Part shown: piece by piece, positions 50,226 through 64,000 of the stretch | Layout of the letters: each line of letters begins with the position of its first letter | Numbering within the stretch: the stretch's first letter is position 1 | Source of the DNA: Camelus dromedarius | Lineage: Eukaryota | Direction of reading: 5' to 3' | Assembly: GCF_036321535.1 (NCBI RefSeq) | Contig: NC_087437.1 | Location: 57,414,001-57,478,000, forward strand | Length of the DNA: 64,000 nucleotides | Position numbers and translations under genes: made by a program | The notes under the pieces: model-generated | Told to the model about the DNA's origin: nothing | Databases searched by the model: none | The model's input: the letters and a program-made list of their open reading frames with translations, nothing else

Positions 50226-50474
50226 AATTACACATAATTCTGTGTGTGTGATTACAGGAACAAATACCCTGAGTGTAAACTATAAACAAGGAAGTAACTA
50301 TTAAAGCCAGATATCTTATTTGCATGGGAAGAGCCACCAATTCCCCAACAGTCAGAAATACTAGTCTTAGGACTGTACTAAGAGAGAATTGGCTTATATT
50401 GAAGAGGTATAGACAGCGTTGGTGAGAGGATAGGAAAATCTGATGAGAGCATCCTAGGACTGAGCTACCTCCTA

Positions 50475-50767
50475 CAGCATCCATTTTGCCATACATGGTC
50501 ACTGAGCACTTAAAATGTGGCTAGTCCTGATTCGGGTGTGCTATAAGTATAAAATAAACATTGAATTTTAAAGACCACACAAAAAATTAAGTATCACAGT
50601 AATAACATTTACATTGATTACATACTGAAATGACAATCTTTTGAATATACTAAGTTGAATATGTTAGTAACATTTCTTTCATGCTTGTTTTTATTTTTGA
50701 AATACGATTACCAGGAAATTTCAAATTACATATGTAGTTCATATTATTTTTCCATACACAGTGCTGT
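50475..50767 (-). mobile_element. MER33-like hAT-Charlie MITE
   Basis: 'actgagcacttaaaatgtggctagtcc...aaatttcaaattacatatgtag...cagtgctg'. Confidence 0.7.
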
Positions 50768-51089
50768 TTTAGAAGGATTTGTTGTTCTCTGGAAGAGAAG
50801 TGTCTTGATTAGAGCTAAAGCTATCAATTACTAAATGATGGGGAGGAGAGTTGAGAAAACTTCCTGAACTGAATGGACCTGACCTCCATATGTAGACTTA
50901 GGAGAGGCAGAGTATCCTGGACTTCTTTGATGGGATGAACTGGTTCACAATACATTTATGGATCCTTTTAATATGGCTTAACTAATACTGTATCATTCTG
51001 ATTCTTTTTTTTTTTTCATTTTTTTCTCTCCCCAAATGCCAATTACTCTTTTGCTGACTAATATCCAAAGATGAATTTCTTTCAACAAT

Positions 51090-51500
51090 AACTTGTTCAT
51101 TTATTCTCTGAACAGGTACATATTTACTCTGTGTCAGGCGCTCTGCTAGATTCTCTGGCAACTGCGAGAAATGACCTCTGTATTCCTGCCCTCACGGAGC
51201 TCAATGCTAAGAAAGAGAGCACACACGTGCACACAAATCACAGGGTAGACGGGGCCACAGAAGAACTAAATAGAAACGATACGTAAAGTAGCTCTTTGAT
51301 GTTGATTTGGTCTTGAAGGATGCAGAGGGTTCAGAGAAATGGATGCGCTGATAAGAATGAAGAGATGAAGTTCAGGTCGTATAAGAGAAACAGTGATTGT
51401 TGGCAGAATGGGGTAAAACTGAGAGGTGGTGAGGGATGAGACTGACAGGCTAACCTGTGTCAGACCTCCTGAATTCCAGGCCAGAGGATTTAAATCATGA
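51090..51500 (-). mobile_element. L2 fragment
   Basis: 'tactctgtgtcaggcgctctgctaga...cctgccctcacggagctca'. Confidence 0.55.
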
Positions 51501-51831
51501 TCATGATATATATCAGTCTTAATCTGACAGTGAATGAATAGTTAATAGTATGCCCATCAAGTATATGAGTGTCTAGGGAAAAATGTATTATTCAATCTCT
51601 TTACCTGGAAAAATGTCTAACTATGTTTACATGACATGAATACAGCCGGTCAGGTTAGTCAAGAAGAATCAGTCAAACTGAGTTGTACTGCACAGATTAC
51701 ATAAGAAATGGTTGGCAGCGTTTCAAACTTTTATGAGTTGTTCTGATGCCTTGCAAACACCGTCTTAATTCCTTCGGAACAAACCTGGCTGAAGCACCAT
51801 TATGTATGAGACCTGCTGCTTCCCTAATATG

Positions 51832-52148
51832 CAGCTGGCTTTCTGTACCTGTGAGTTCTGCATCCTCAGAGTCAACCAACTGTGGATGGAAATTAGTCAA
51901 TAAAAAATTCCAGAAAGTTCCAACAAGGAAAACTTGAATTTGCCCTGCTCTGGCAACTATTTACATAGCATTCACATTGCATTGGGTATTATAAGTAACC
52001 TAGAGATGATTTAAAGTATACAGGAGGATGTGCATAGATTATTTGCAAATACTCCTATGTCATTTTATAAGGGACTTGAGTATCTGCAGATTTTAGTATC
52101 TGCAGGGATTCCTGGAACAAATTCCCTGCAGACACTGAGGGACAACTG
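51832..52148. mobile_element. MER2-like TcMar-Tigger MITE
   Basis: Starts cagctggc... and ends ...gagggacaactg followed by TA. Internal 'aactatttacatagcatt...tagagatgatttaaagtatacaggaggatgtgc'. Confidence 0.85.
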
Positions 52149-54519
52149 TAGTCAATATCTAACATATTTCAAGTATCATTATTTTGACTGCAATTGAAAG
52201 GTGGTTAAGCTCCCTTGGTTAAGCTAACTAACATGTTGAGAAGGGCTATCCTTTTGTGGGGAGCTTAATTTAACAACTTCAGAAGACTAAACAAACAACA
52301 AGAATTACTAATCCCACATATGAGAATCCTATATACTTTAATGTACAGTAAAAAATTAATTGCATTTTTTACAGCTGCCACTACTAGAATTTGGAGTTCT
52401 GGTATTAATTTCCAATCATATACCATTAAGCAATTTTGAAAAACCTTTAAGAAACATTTCTAGGGAACTGTCCAGATTCTGATCTTCAATAGTTACATAA
52501 ATTCCGTAGCACCAAAACTGTGTTTCTCAAATTATTCCTATTCCATGCAAGATTAAGTTTTTTTTCTTTCTAATAATCAGTTCCTTATTAGCACTTGCAA
52601 AGAACCCCAGTCTCTCGATTTGCAGTAGTTCAAAGAACTAAAATGATATTTACAAAGGGGCTTTTCCACCACTTTCTGTTACAATAAGCTATCATTTCAT
52701 TAGAAAATAGATTTATTATTCTAGGCTTAAGAATTTAAAAAAAAATCTCTTTGTGGTTTAGTATTTCCTTCCCAAGAACTCTGTTTTATGCATTCTGGCC
52801 CATTACAGTTATAAGAGCAAAGTTGACAATCTAGTTATTTCGATGAGGAGTAATTTCCAGATTGAGAATAAAGTGAAAAAAACAGACAAAAAAATCCAAT
52901 GTCCTATCTTTTGTGTCCTCCCAGCTCCCCAGAACTGTTTCACAGAAACTCAGATTCAACAACTGGAAACAAATCCTCGGACTGCAATTTGGGATGATAC
53001 TATCTAACTGTCTCATTCAGGACCTTGTGGGCTGTGCTTGTGATACAGGCATCGTTTTCAGGGGGCGTGATTTAATGGCCAGCTGTTGATATGGAACTGA
53101 TTTCTCTTTCTTTCCGATTTAATCTTACACTGTTTTTTCCAAGAAAGTTTCAATATCCAGATTTCAAGAATGTTCAGTGTCTTGATGATGCCATACCCTC
53201 ATGATCAACAACGTTACTTTTTCATCTGGCTCTTCTGGGTTGCCCTGATCATTCTTACGCTCTTTCCTCTTTAGAGTATTGAAAAATAAAAACTTGCTCT
53301 TTTTTCACCCACAGGATATTTTTGAAATAAAATACTACTGCTCCTCTAACATGTGCGATACCGTAATGGTTTTGGATAAATGGTCAACGGAAATCATGCT
53401 CTGAAAAGAGCAGTATTTCTGTATGATTCGTTAGTACTCTTCCCTCAAATCAGTTTTCTATTTTCTCTCTATTCTGATATATGTTTCAATTTCTTCCTTT
53501 TTGTCCCCTTCACCCTCCCTCTCCCCTCTTCTTCCTCCACTTCTGCTTCTGGATGTTTCCTTTTATTCATGTTTTGACACTTCTCGATCTATAGCACACT
53601 GAAGCAGAGGGATTTATCCCAGCTTTCAAAGTAAAAGTGAGGTAGAGATTTCATGACAGCATATTCTTCTTCATTCACAGACACAAGGACAAGTGCAAGT
53701 TCCTAATAACATAGCCCATATTATGTGTTACTTTAAGGCATAGCATTCACTTGGCATCCCCAGTTCAACGCGTTATGTGAACAGAACACACCCATACGGT
53801 GGACACTAGTCTCTGAGTGACTTGACACAGTGAAGGCTGTCATTTTAACAGCTGCCTGAGATGCATGGCTCATATTTCTGTAGAAAGCCCTGCAGTCCTG
53901 TATATTATTTTATCACAAATAAAATGCTCCGCTTGCTCATAACATGACCATAAGCTACCAACTTTGTAATAAGATACAGTATTTGCTCTATTTCTTTTTT
54001 TTGCTTTATTTTTAAATGCAAGATTGTGCCATTAGAAAAGAAAAAGACCAAATATATATAACTGGGCTTTGAAGTCTTATTAAAAATAAATCCATCCTTT
54101 CTTTGTAAGGTTAGGTATGGGTCTTTCCAGGGCAGGCTTTCCATTTAATATTTTTCTATTACATTCTTTTCACTGGTACCTCTGTTGCAAATGCAGTTAT
54201 CAGAATATGCAGGCATTTCTTGCTATTATAATAGCTCGGAGACCCTGTTTGCAACTTTTAATATTCAATAACCGCTTTTATTTTAAGTGTCATGAATTCC
54301 TCTTGGAAAACTTAAACTAAAATAATGCCTTTCTTAAAAGTCTAAAAAAGTGAAATCTCAGGAGTTGCTGTTATTTATAAATTAAACAACTATAATAAAC
54401 CAGGTTCCAGGTACCATCGCATGAGTATTGTTTGTCTCAGTAGCCACTGTCCTCATAACCACAGCTAATGTTAATTCAGCACTTATTGTATATCTGCACT
54501 TTATATATACTAATATTTT

Positions 54520-55045
54520 CTTTTATTTTTTATTGAAGTGTAGTTGATTTACAGTGTTAGTTTCAGATGTACAGCAAAGTGATTCAGTTATACATATACA
54601 TATATACATACTATTTTCAGATTTTTTTCCATTACATGTTATTACAAGAAACTGAATATAGTTCCCTGTGCTACACAGTAGGTCATTATTGTTTATCTAT
54701 TTTATATATAGTAATGTGTATCTGTTTATCCCAAATTCCTAATTTATCCCTCCCCTGCCCTTCCCTTTTGGTAACCATAGTTTGTTTGTTCATGAGTCTA
54801 TTTTTGGTTTGTAAATAAAATTTGTATCTTTTTTTTTTAAGATTCTACATATAAATGATATTTGTCTTTCTCTGATTTACTTCACTAAATATGATAATCT
54901 CTAGGTCCATCTGTGTTGCTGCAAATGGCACTATTTCATTCTTTTTTATGGCTGGGTTATATTCCATTGTAATATATATACCACATCTTCTTATCCAGTC
55001 ATCTGTCAATAGACATTTAGGTTGTTTCCATGTCTTGGCTATTGT
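54520..55045 (-). mobile_element. Cetartiodactyl-type L1 3' fragment inserted in a MIR
   Basis: T-rich tail, then 'attgaagtgtagttgatttaca...gaatatagttccctgtgcta...gttgctgcaaatggca...tttccatgtcttggctattgta'. MIR-like text on both sides. Confidence 0.85.
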
Positions 55046-55299
55046 ACATATTAAGATTATTTTAAATGACCCTAAAAGGTAGATACTTTTATTGATCCCT
55101 CTGGCAAGTAAGGAAACTGAAGAACAAAAAGGATAGTTTGTTCAAAGTAGTGCACTGACACAGGGTAGAATCAGCATTCAAATTCAGGTGTCATTAGCTC
55201 CAGGGTTCCTGTTTAATGGTTTAATGTGTCTGGAGAAAAACAAAACTTCATTGCCTGGTCTCAGTCAAAATCTTGACCCCCAAACCTCCTGGGGGCACT

Positions 55300-56075
55300 C
55301 AACACTTTCTGGAATCCTACTTCATTCCTCTAGCCACTTACCTCTCCCATTCTTCCCAAGTGACTATTCGGTACCTCTTTCCTCCTCACACTTTGAAAAC
55401 GGCCTCAGACCCTCCTCAGACTTGGGTAACAGGCTTGCCTTCTTTCCTTCTTTTCTTTTTCTCCCTCCCCTTTTATCCTTCCTGCCCATCCTTCCTTTTT
55501 GTCAATAAGCTCCCACCTTTGTATTTCACTTAGAAAAGAGATGCAGAAGACAAGGTCTTCACATTTCCACCACAAAAGTTACAACCTGCCCACATCTGCT
55601 CGCACGTGTTCTGGCTCCCTGCTTGTTACAATACTTGACCTCTTCCTGTCCCCATCTAAACCTCACCCTCCACTTGCCACCTGTGTATTTGATCCCATCC
55701 CCTGTAGTCAGTGTTACTCAGGGACCCTCTCTGCTATAATGCCAATCTTCACTTTTTCCCCATCAGTCTAGAAACATGCTGTAGTAGCTTTAAACAAACC
55801 AGCCCCACCGTGCAACCGCCATGTTTCTCTCCAACTTGCTCCCCATTTCTCTACTTTCCTTTTGTAACGGGACTCCTCAGAAGGGTCATTTAATGTTATT
55901 TTCTTCTTTTCTTTATCTCCTGTTGTAATTTGGATCCACTCCAGTTAGTCTTACTCCCACTACTCCACTGAAATCACTCCTGTCAAGTCACTATTGAATG
56001 TACGTTCCAACCCTAATAGTCGAGCCTCATTCAGCAACTCATTGGACGCTCTACCAGCATTTTCGATAAAGATAA
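55300..56075 (+). mobile_element. L2 relic (pyrimidine-rich)
   Basis: 'tactccactgaaatcactcctgtcaagtcac' and 'tttgatcccatccc' L2 motifs. Confidence 0.5.
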
Positions 56076-56079
56076 CTCT

Positions 56080-56300
56080 GGTCTTAGTTTTGCGTCTTTC
56101 TAGCTGTATGGACCTGAGTGAGTTACATCACCTCTCTTAAACTCAGTTTCTTCATATTTAAAACTGAAATGATAACCTTAATCTGTATTCTCCCAAAGTG
56201 TCAGCGACTATCAAGTGATACTCCTGTTAGGGAGGAATGTTGAAAATAATAACATATCATGCAAATGTCAAGTAGTACAACTGCTACTAATTATTATTTT
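56080..56300 (+). mobile_element. MIR fragment
   Basis: 'tagctgtatggacctgagtgagttacatcacctctcttaaactcagtttcttcatatttaaaa'. Confidence 0.65.
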
Positions 56301-57066
56301 TATACCACTGCTGGATTCTTATAAATCATTAAAAAATGGGAAGTCTTGATAGCTGTGAAGGACCTAAGCGTAAAGCTTTGAGTGTCAACATTATTCTGGA
56401 ATGGAGAATTGGGAAACTTGAGAGGAGGGCTGACAGATAGTTTCCAAATGGAGGCAAGATAACTCCAGTTTCTGATAAAGTTCATAACTGACATGTTATA
56501 AAGAACTCCCATCCTATATCAGTTTCCGCCCAAGAAGAATAAAATATGACTAATCTTTTTTATTATTACCAATTTAATCAAATTTTCCTTGGCCTTCTGT
56601 AATTCCCAAGAAGAGGAAGGGTTAGATAGCTCTGCTAGTTAATGTACCGTTAAAGAAATTTAATTGTCTTAATAGCAGATCATAGAAGGGTGTGGGCAAT
56701 TAACAGGAAGCAATTTCACACCTTAATTAATGTCACATGGAATCTCTTTAGAACTGCAGGAGAACATTAAGTGCTGGTTCAGAAGCAATGTATTGCCAAA
56801 AGAATGCACCCAGTATGCTGTAAATATTAAAAGAGTTAAGGGACATTGTGAACAAAAAGATCTGTATCTTCATTTAGAGAGAGATCAGAAGCAGTATTTG
56901 TGTGCAAGAGAGAGACAGACATGGAAGGACAATGTGTCAGGGGAAGGTAGGGGGGATTTATTAAAGACTAAATTCAAAGCCAGGAAAAAGCTACCTTAAA
57001 TGAGTTACACTGGTTTGAGGAAAAGAAGGTGTCACAGGCTGGTGGAGATCCCAAACTCAAAAGATG

Positions 57067-57091
57067 GAGAGAGAGAGAGAGAGAGAGAGAG
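57067..57091. repeat. (GA)n microsatellite
   Basis: About 12 GA units. A similar interrupted tract lies near 35548-35575. Confidence 0.9.
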
Positions 57092-57713
57092 TTACTATTA
57101 TCTTTTCTATAATGAAGACAATGAGGGACAGCAAAGGTACCTTTCCCCCCGATCTTTCTGTTTTTGTCTTTTAGTGTGGTTGGGTCCAAAAGAGGATGCT
57201 GGAAAACAAACCATCTAGTTCTCATTTCGGTTAATTGAAATAAAAAATCAAAATAATTTGCCATAGTATCCTCCCAACAGGAGCTTTACAAAATCAGGAC
57301 CCCTGATTTGTTCACTTCTTTGGTGTCTCATTACATAGTTTTTGAAGAGATTATTATTTTCCTTCCAAATTCAATATTCATTGTCTCTAATGCCTTATTC
57401 AATACCACACCTCACAGCCTTTCTCCAGGACGTAACACAATAACACAATGTCAAATATCCGAGGGAAAATGAAAAAGGCACCTTGCATTGACTGACAGAT
57501 TTGAGAAATCCAACTTCCTTACAATGTCTAATCTTCATATCATTCCTGTGAAATAGATGGAATTTATAAGCAACTGCATTTCCAGAGATCACTTAGATTG
57601 AAGAAATAAACTATTTTCTCAAAATTACTTAGCAACTCACTGAAAAGAAATTTTACCAGAAGAATTAGACATTTGATTGTCTTTGACTAATTGATTTCTG
57701 TCAGGTTACTCTA

Positions 57714-57764
57714 TATTAGTGATCAATTTTTTTGTTTGTTTTTTGTTTTTATTAGTGATCAATT
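57714..57764 (-). mobile_element. Orphan poly(A)-type insertion with 15-bp TSD
   Basis: tattagtgatcaatt at 57714-57728 and 57750-57764 flanks a 21-nt T-rich tract. Confidence 0.65.
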
Positions 57765-58032
57765 AGGTCCAAAGTTGGTATTACCTCTACTAACTCCATA
57801 TAGGAATTTAACCCAGCACTGAAGTACAAGCATCCCAACAATAGTAGGAAAAAGGTAAAAAATGTAACATGTTTAATATATTTAATTCCACGGTGCCAGA
57901 GTGACAATTTCCTCTATATTAGATTAGGTTTAGTCCAAAATATGGATCACAATAATTTGAATAAATTTAAGTAACTGCCTATGGACAGATTTGATCAAAA
58001 TAAATCAAGAAACACCAAATTCAGTCTAGAAC

Positions 58033-58168
58033 ACTGAGTCTCAAACCCGGCTGTCATCAAAAATCACTTGGACAATAAAATCAGAATACTTTGGAGATTT
58101 GATCTGAGAATTGGTAGCTTTTAAGACAACTCAAGATGGTTCTGATACTGATGTTCGGGAAACAATGA
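58033..58168. mobile_element. MER5-like MITE relic
   Basis: 'tctcaaacccggctg...aatcacttgga...ggttctgatactgatgttcgggaaacaatg'. Confidence 0.5.
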
Positions 58169-59489
58169 TCTACATTATACCACTGGGACTTCAGTCAGGT
58201 TCTACTAAGTTGAAGCAACAGTCCTCACAGACGAGTGGATAATCTGTAACTGCCCTACAGGTGTGTGAGGGAGCGCACGTGCATGTGCGTGTTAGTCTCG
58301 TCTCCCTACTAGAAAGTAAACTGGTAGAAACTGGTAAATGGTCCTTTAGTCCAAGTTTAAGATTTCGGTAGCAATGGCTCTCAATTGCTATTTCCTAATT
58401 TTCCTTGACAAAATACATTTCTCTCTCCAGGATTAAGTTATTGAAACTTAAATTTTGGGGAATGAGCACATTCTTTTTAGAGGGGATGGAACTAGATTCT
58501 GAATATCCAGCCACCTGCAGGAGCTAAGCAATGAGCTCCTTGAACAATGAGGGAGGAGAAAAGGAGGAGACTCCTGTTCTTTGTCAAAAAGTATGTGGCT
58601 GCTGCCTGGGGAGACAGAGGGGGAGGTCCCCATCAAGACAATTTAAATCAGGGGGAGTTGCTTATCTGTGGTGTGAACAATGCTCTGAAAGGGTAAAATT
58701 GGGAGCAGTGAAGACTGCTGTTGTCTTCAATTCCAGGGGAGGGTGAGTAAAGGCTGATGTGCGATGTACGTGGTAATGGGTTTAAATATCAAGTCCATCC
58801 ATCTGTCTGAATAGATGCCCTTGCAACCCCTTATTAACCCCGCCTATGTTCTAAACACGGGAGGGAGGGTGAAATGTGTCGGAAAGGGGGCTGGTGGGTT
58901 ATTACCATGGAACCAGTGCAGGACTTAAAGATCCTCGCACTGACACAGCTTAATTTGGGGCATCCTGACATTCAAAATGATGCCACCATCAGGACTGGGG
59001 AAAAGGCAAAGCTACTTGAAAAACAAAAACAAAACAAGCCTTCCCTTCTCTGACTTTTCCTCCATAAGGGGCCAGTGCCACCAGGGAGGGGGGACATGTA
59101 CTGTCTGCAGCACTGGGCTCTGGTGGTAACAGTAACAGAGGTGGGCTTACAGGTTTACAAAAATTCCTTTAAAAACTAAAATAACTGACAGCAATATAAC
59201 TGCATGGAGAATCACTATTTAATTGCTTATATTTTTCGTATTATAATATTAGGATATTGATATCAAAATACAGATGAGATATAAGAGAACGGATCAATGT
59301 CAAATCAGTTACAGTATGAGAACTGAAGATCTCCACGAACCGGAAAGGACTTTTTCTTCTAAGGCGCAAGTACATTCTGGATTAAAAAAGGAGAGAAGAC
59401 AGGAGCATCAACTAGGGTCCTATTAGGCTACCCTGAAGTTACATCTCAGACCTCAGACCACCTCAGGAGTCTTCCTGGAGATTAAACAC

Positions 59490-59720
59490 TTGATCCCTCA
59501 AGTCCGAAGGTCACTGCTTGAATTCTCACTCTGCCACTACAAGCTGCTTGATTTGAGACAACTTACTTAATGTCTCTGTGTTTTACTTTCTCCATTTGTA
59601 AAATGGGGATCATACCAGAATCTACTTCATAGAAATGGACTGAAAAATAAAAGGGGCAATAAATGATACGTGCTTAGCACAACACCTGTACAAAGTGAGC
59701 ACTTACAAAGCTGTTAGCGA
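59490..59720 (+). mobile_element. MIR SINE
   Basis: 'ctctgccactac...acttacttaatgtctctgtgttttactttctccatttgtaaaatggggat...gtgcttagcaca'. Confidence 0.75.
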
Positions 59721-60084
59721 ACATTGCTCAGAAAAGTTAACTTTGCTCTCTAAGACACAAAGACATTCCTAGGGAATTAAAAGGCCTTTGGTCTGAAATG
59801 AATTAAGTTCTTGTTTTCATCTTCGGGAGTGCTTCTCATCACATTTTATAAACTCCACACCTAAGCTTTCATTCCCACAATCTAAAGAGACAACGAGCCT
59901 TGGAAGTAAATCCAAGTATTAGTGAACCTGATTTAGAACGGACTATTTTTTCCCCCCAGAACAAAAGTAGAATCATTCTAAAGCATCAGTAAATAAGTAA
60001 AATGAAAACAAAACAATCAACCAAAAGCTTTCTATAAGAAAATTAGGAAATCAGAGCTCTTCTAAAGTAAAGATGATGGCAGGG

Positions 60085-60613
60085 TAAAGCAGGGGCTCTT
60101 AGCTGTCCCAACCCCAACCTGCCATTCTCCCCAAATGACTAGACACTTACCTGTGGTGTGGCCCTCTAGGAGGAAGACTACAGTCTTAATCTTCCCTGCA
60201 CCTAAGTGTGACCACGTGCCTGAGTTGTGGTCAGTGGGATGTAAACATCATATGGAGAACAGGGATCATCTTGAAGAGAATACTGGCACAAAGCTTTTGC
60301 CTCCATCTTTTTCACCCCTTCTTCTGCTCTCTGGGATGGGGATGCCTGTTGGATCATGGGGATAAGGGCAGATCCAGGGCCACTGTCTGTGGCTGTGCTG
60401 GGCACAGTGTCGGGCACAGTGGTACAACACACTGGGGAGAGTGGCACTCAAAGCTGGACAGAGCCGAGGTCCCTCACAACTGGGAAGCCATGGAATCAGC
60501 CCTGGACAGTGGGTTTCTTGATTTGGTTTGTGAGACAATAAAACTTTGTATGATTAAGCTGTTCTTCCATGGGCTTTGTGTTGTATGCAACCAAACTGAA
60601 TTCTACCATATAC
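60085..60613 (+). mobile_element. ERVL-class LTR (LTR33/LTR16-like)
   Basis: 'gtgtgaccacgtgcctgagttgtggtcagtgggatgtaa' and the 3' end 'aataaaactttgtatgattaagctg...gcaaccaaactgaattctaccatataca'. Confidence 0.6.
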
Positions 60614-62111
60614 AGTTGGAATGTCTAGTTGTCTTTTCCCACATTTGGACTGAAATGCAGCAAATACGTAGAATTAAGGCAGCTCTCAAACTAGGACCAT
60701 GGTAATTGTATACATTTCTCTTGGAAATGCATACATGATCACACAGACCCAAAACGTTTGGCTAGCTGAAGTGTGACAGAAGTCATGATTAGGAGGGTAG
60801 GTTAAAGGTGTTTCTTTTTCTTTGGGGGGGCGGGGTGGGATTCAGTATGAAATGTATTATTCATAAAAGGAACATTTTATTTTATAAATAAAATAAAACA
60901 CGTGGACTTCTTACTTTTCCTGTATACTTTCCTGAATTTTCTAAAAATTGTTAATGAGCATGTACAAGAAGTCCACTTAAATGCACAAATAAAAATGATG
61001 CAGTAGTTTTAGTAGCTGACTCATCCTGCACCCAGAGTGTCTGCGTCTACCTAAACCCCATCTCTCACTTCACATGTTCTGAACCTGACTAGCTCTGAAG
61101 GTAGGTTTAAATGTCAACCTTCCAGTATCTTCCTTCTGATGGAAGTGATAGCTCCTTCCCTAAATCCCAGTCTCATTTCCGGCAACATGTAATACATCAC
61201 TTTTTACGTCACACTATTGTCATTAGTAAACATATTTCATATCTCCAAGAATATTATAAAGTTTTCTGGAGCATATAGTCCTTCTCCGTCTTTATATCCA
61301 CTGGCTAAGTCACAGAATAGCCATGCACTGTCTCAGTTTTCCCATTTTTTCCACAAGGAAGCTGATCTAATGGTTTATGTGACTTTCAGAGAAGAGCGTT
61401 ACGTTGGTTAATGTTTAGACCACTGCTGCCTTCTTAGCCTGTTTTAAAAATCTTGACTGAATACAGTAAATGTGATCATCCAAAAGATATATTCTCATCT
61501 GACTTAGAAAACCAGTCGCCAAAAAAATGGGTTTCCTCAGCATAAAATTATTTATCCCACTGATCAATTTTAAATAAGTGGCCACTACATTAAGTGACCA
61601 AGGGAGGGCAAGTTATAGGCTCAGTTGAGAAGGATAAAATTTAATATGGTAACATTTATTGATCACAGTAAATAGAATATTATTTTCTTTCCTTAAAACT
61701 ACAAAGAAAAATTAATGTATTATTTTGTTCATTATGTTCTCAGATTTATTCACAAAGATGTAGCAATTAGACTATAAACATTTCTGAAAGCCTTGTGAAA
61801 ATTTTAAAAGCCCTGTAATAGTATTATTGGTTTTTCAAGAGGGTAGCCTGAGAAATTAAATTATTGTGTTCAATAAAGAAGGAAATTCATTCCAAATGGT
61901 CAATATCACTATTTTTCTGCTTTGACAAGTTCTCTAGCCTGTATATTCAATCAGTTGTTTTCTAAGTGCCAAGTATCCGTAATATAGGTTTTTTGTTTTT
62001 TGTTTTTTGTTTTGAGAGGAAGAAGTACTACTGTGTTTTCTGACTCTTTGTTCTCATCTGTTGCATTACAATCTCTGTTGAGTGACAGGACAAGGGACAG
62101 AACTGGCATCA

Positions 62112-62513
<402 letters not shown>

Positions 62514-63859
62514 TCAAGAAACAAGATTTCCTTTCTAAACAAACTTTACTCCACAGAACCAACTGCTCAGGGTTGAATCACACCTTGGGCTAATATCATT
62601 CGAGACTGTGCCCAGGTCCAAACTCTGATCTCAGTATAATGCTTTGTAAAATTTAAGAGAACGGCCATTGTGCATTTTAGTGGGCCGTAGCATACAAAGT
62701 GTACCCCTGGGAATCAAAATATAACACAGTGCAGCACACACAGGCTCAGCAGATGCTTTTGAAGGGGCTACCCTCTATGCTCACAAATCTATTAAGCAGC
62801 CAAAGCTTGTTCTATGCAATCACCAATATACTATTTTGCTTAATGTTAGTAACTTTCCCGTTAATTTCTCTGGAATCTTTTTTTAATTAGTAACGAAAAT
62901 TTCAGGCAAAAATACCCGGTAAAAGGTAGTAGAAAAAAGAATATTACCATTACATTGTATGATCTCCAATGAAACACAGCATGAGAGTTTTAGTTCAAGA
63001 AAGAACCTCAAAAATCCTCTACCTCGCCTCCATCATTTGATAAGTGAGACAACCAAATGGTGAGATGATTATAAGTTAAACAACCACCAAATTACAGCGT
63101 CAATGCCAGAACTCACATTTATTGTTTCACAATCACTGCCTCAAGTTCACCTCTTCTGCCTGAGTCTTGTTTAGTGACTTACAATAAGATTTTATAATCA
63201 ACACAATCAAATCAAATCCTAACATGTCAAATGAACAAAATGTATTTCATGGAAAGAAGAAATTCCTCCCATTCCAAGAGGAGCAGAAGAAAAGCAAATG
63301 TGACAGCATCTTCTTCAGCTACAAGTAAGAATCCTACACGTCAAACATATTCATGAGAGTCACAGTCATCTTCACCACGTAATGGGAGAATCTCTTCCTT
63401 GTAACCCTTTCAATGAAAGGCCCCAGCGATTTAATGCAGTTACACCTGGGATTAAGTTACATGGAACTAAAGCTGTTGAAACCATGTCCTTGGAGGTGAT
63501 TCTTCCAAACTAATCCCTTGGCTTCACTTGCAGAGAGCTACAGGGATGCATCTGCAGGAACTGATGAAGGGCTTCAAGGATACAAGGCACTACTGGAAGG
63601 ACTCCGTTGATTTTAAATGGCTCAAAAATTATAGGCAAAAAAAAAAAAAAAAAAAAGAGGCTTAAAAAATGGGAAAGGAAAGGAAAGGAAATGGAAAGGT
63701 GGTTGTAGACATTAAAATAATAATAGTAGTGATGGTATTTCAATAATAATAATAATTTTGATAATAAAAGTATGATGTCACAGAGTACTCTCAGTTTAAG
63801 TAAACTTAGTGGCCTTAGGAATCAAAGAAACAAATGACTTTGCAGTAACATTTCACATC

Positions 63860-64000
63860 TGCTACGATGGCCATACCAAAAAGGATGGATAATAGTAAGT
63901 AGTTTCTTTAAACCCTCATATCTTGCTGGTGAAAATGTAAATGATGCAGCAGCTGTGGGAAATAGTTTGGCAGTTCCACAAAGGGTTAAACGTACAGTTA
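63860..64000 (+). mobile_element. Old L1 ORF2 C-terminal fragment running off the window
   Basis: 'ctcatatcttgctggtgaaaatgtaaatgatgcagcagctgtgggaaatagtttggcagtt'. Confidence 0.7.

Noticed and set aside
59075..59095. CTCF-like motif 'gccaccagggaggggg'
   Set aside because: Only the first half fits the consensus, which is not enough without ChIP data.
60135..60705. Cluster of overlapping ORFs
   Set aside because: They fall within an ERVL-class LTR relic and show no protein similarity I can recognise.

Overview
This is AT-rich mammalian genomic DNA, probably camelid, judging by Vic-1-like tRNA-derived SINEs and cetartiodactyl-type L1 tails. It holds the last two coding exons of FGF12 on the minus strand (62153-62351 and 45723-45841), joined by a 16.3 kb GT-AG intron. 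A largely repeat-free putative 3' UTR of about 4.5 kb follows, then about 41 kb of gene-poor, repeat-rich flank. The main mobile element is a full-length minus-strand LINE-1 (7712-14943) with a 17-bp target-site duplication (TSD), a CpG-rich 5' UTR and an intact ORF1. Its ORF2 is broken by four in-frame TGA stops and one frameshift. The rest is older L1, L2, MIR, CR1, LTR and DNA-transposon relics, named by eye only. I found no new gene system. The most notable observations are a ~105-bp 3' transduction carried by the L1, a ~121-bp locally templated insertion into a MER33, a TSD-flanked orphan poly(A) insertion, and an ORF0-like antisense ORF leaving the L1 5' end.
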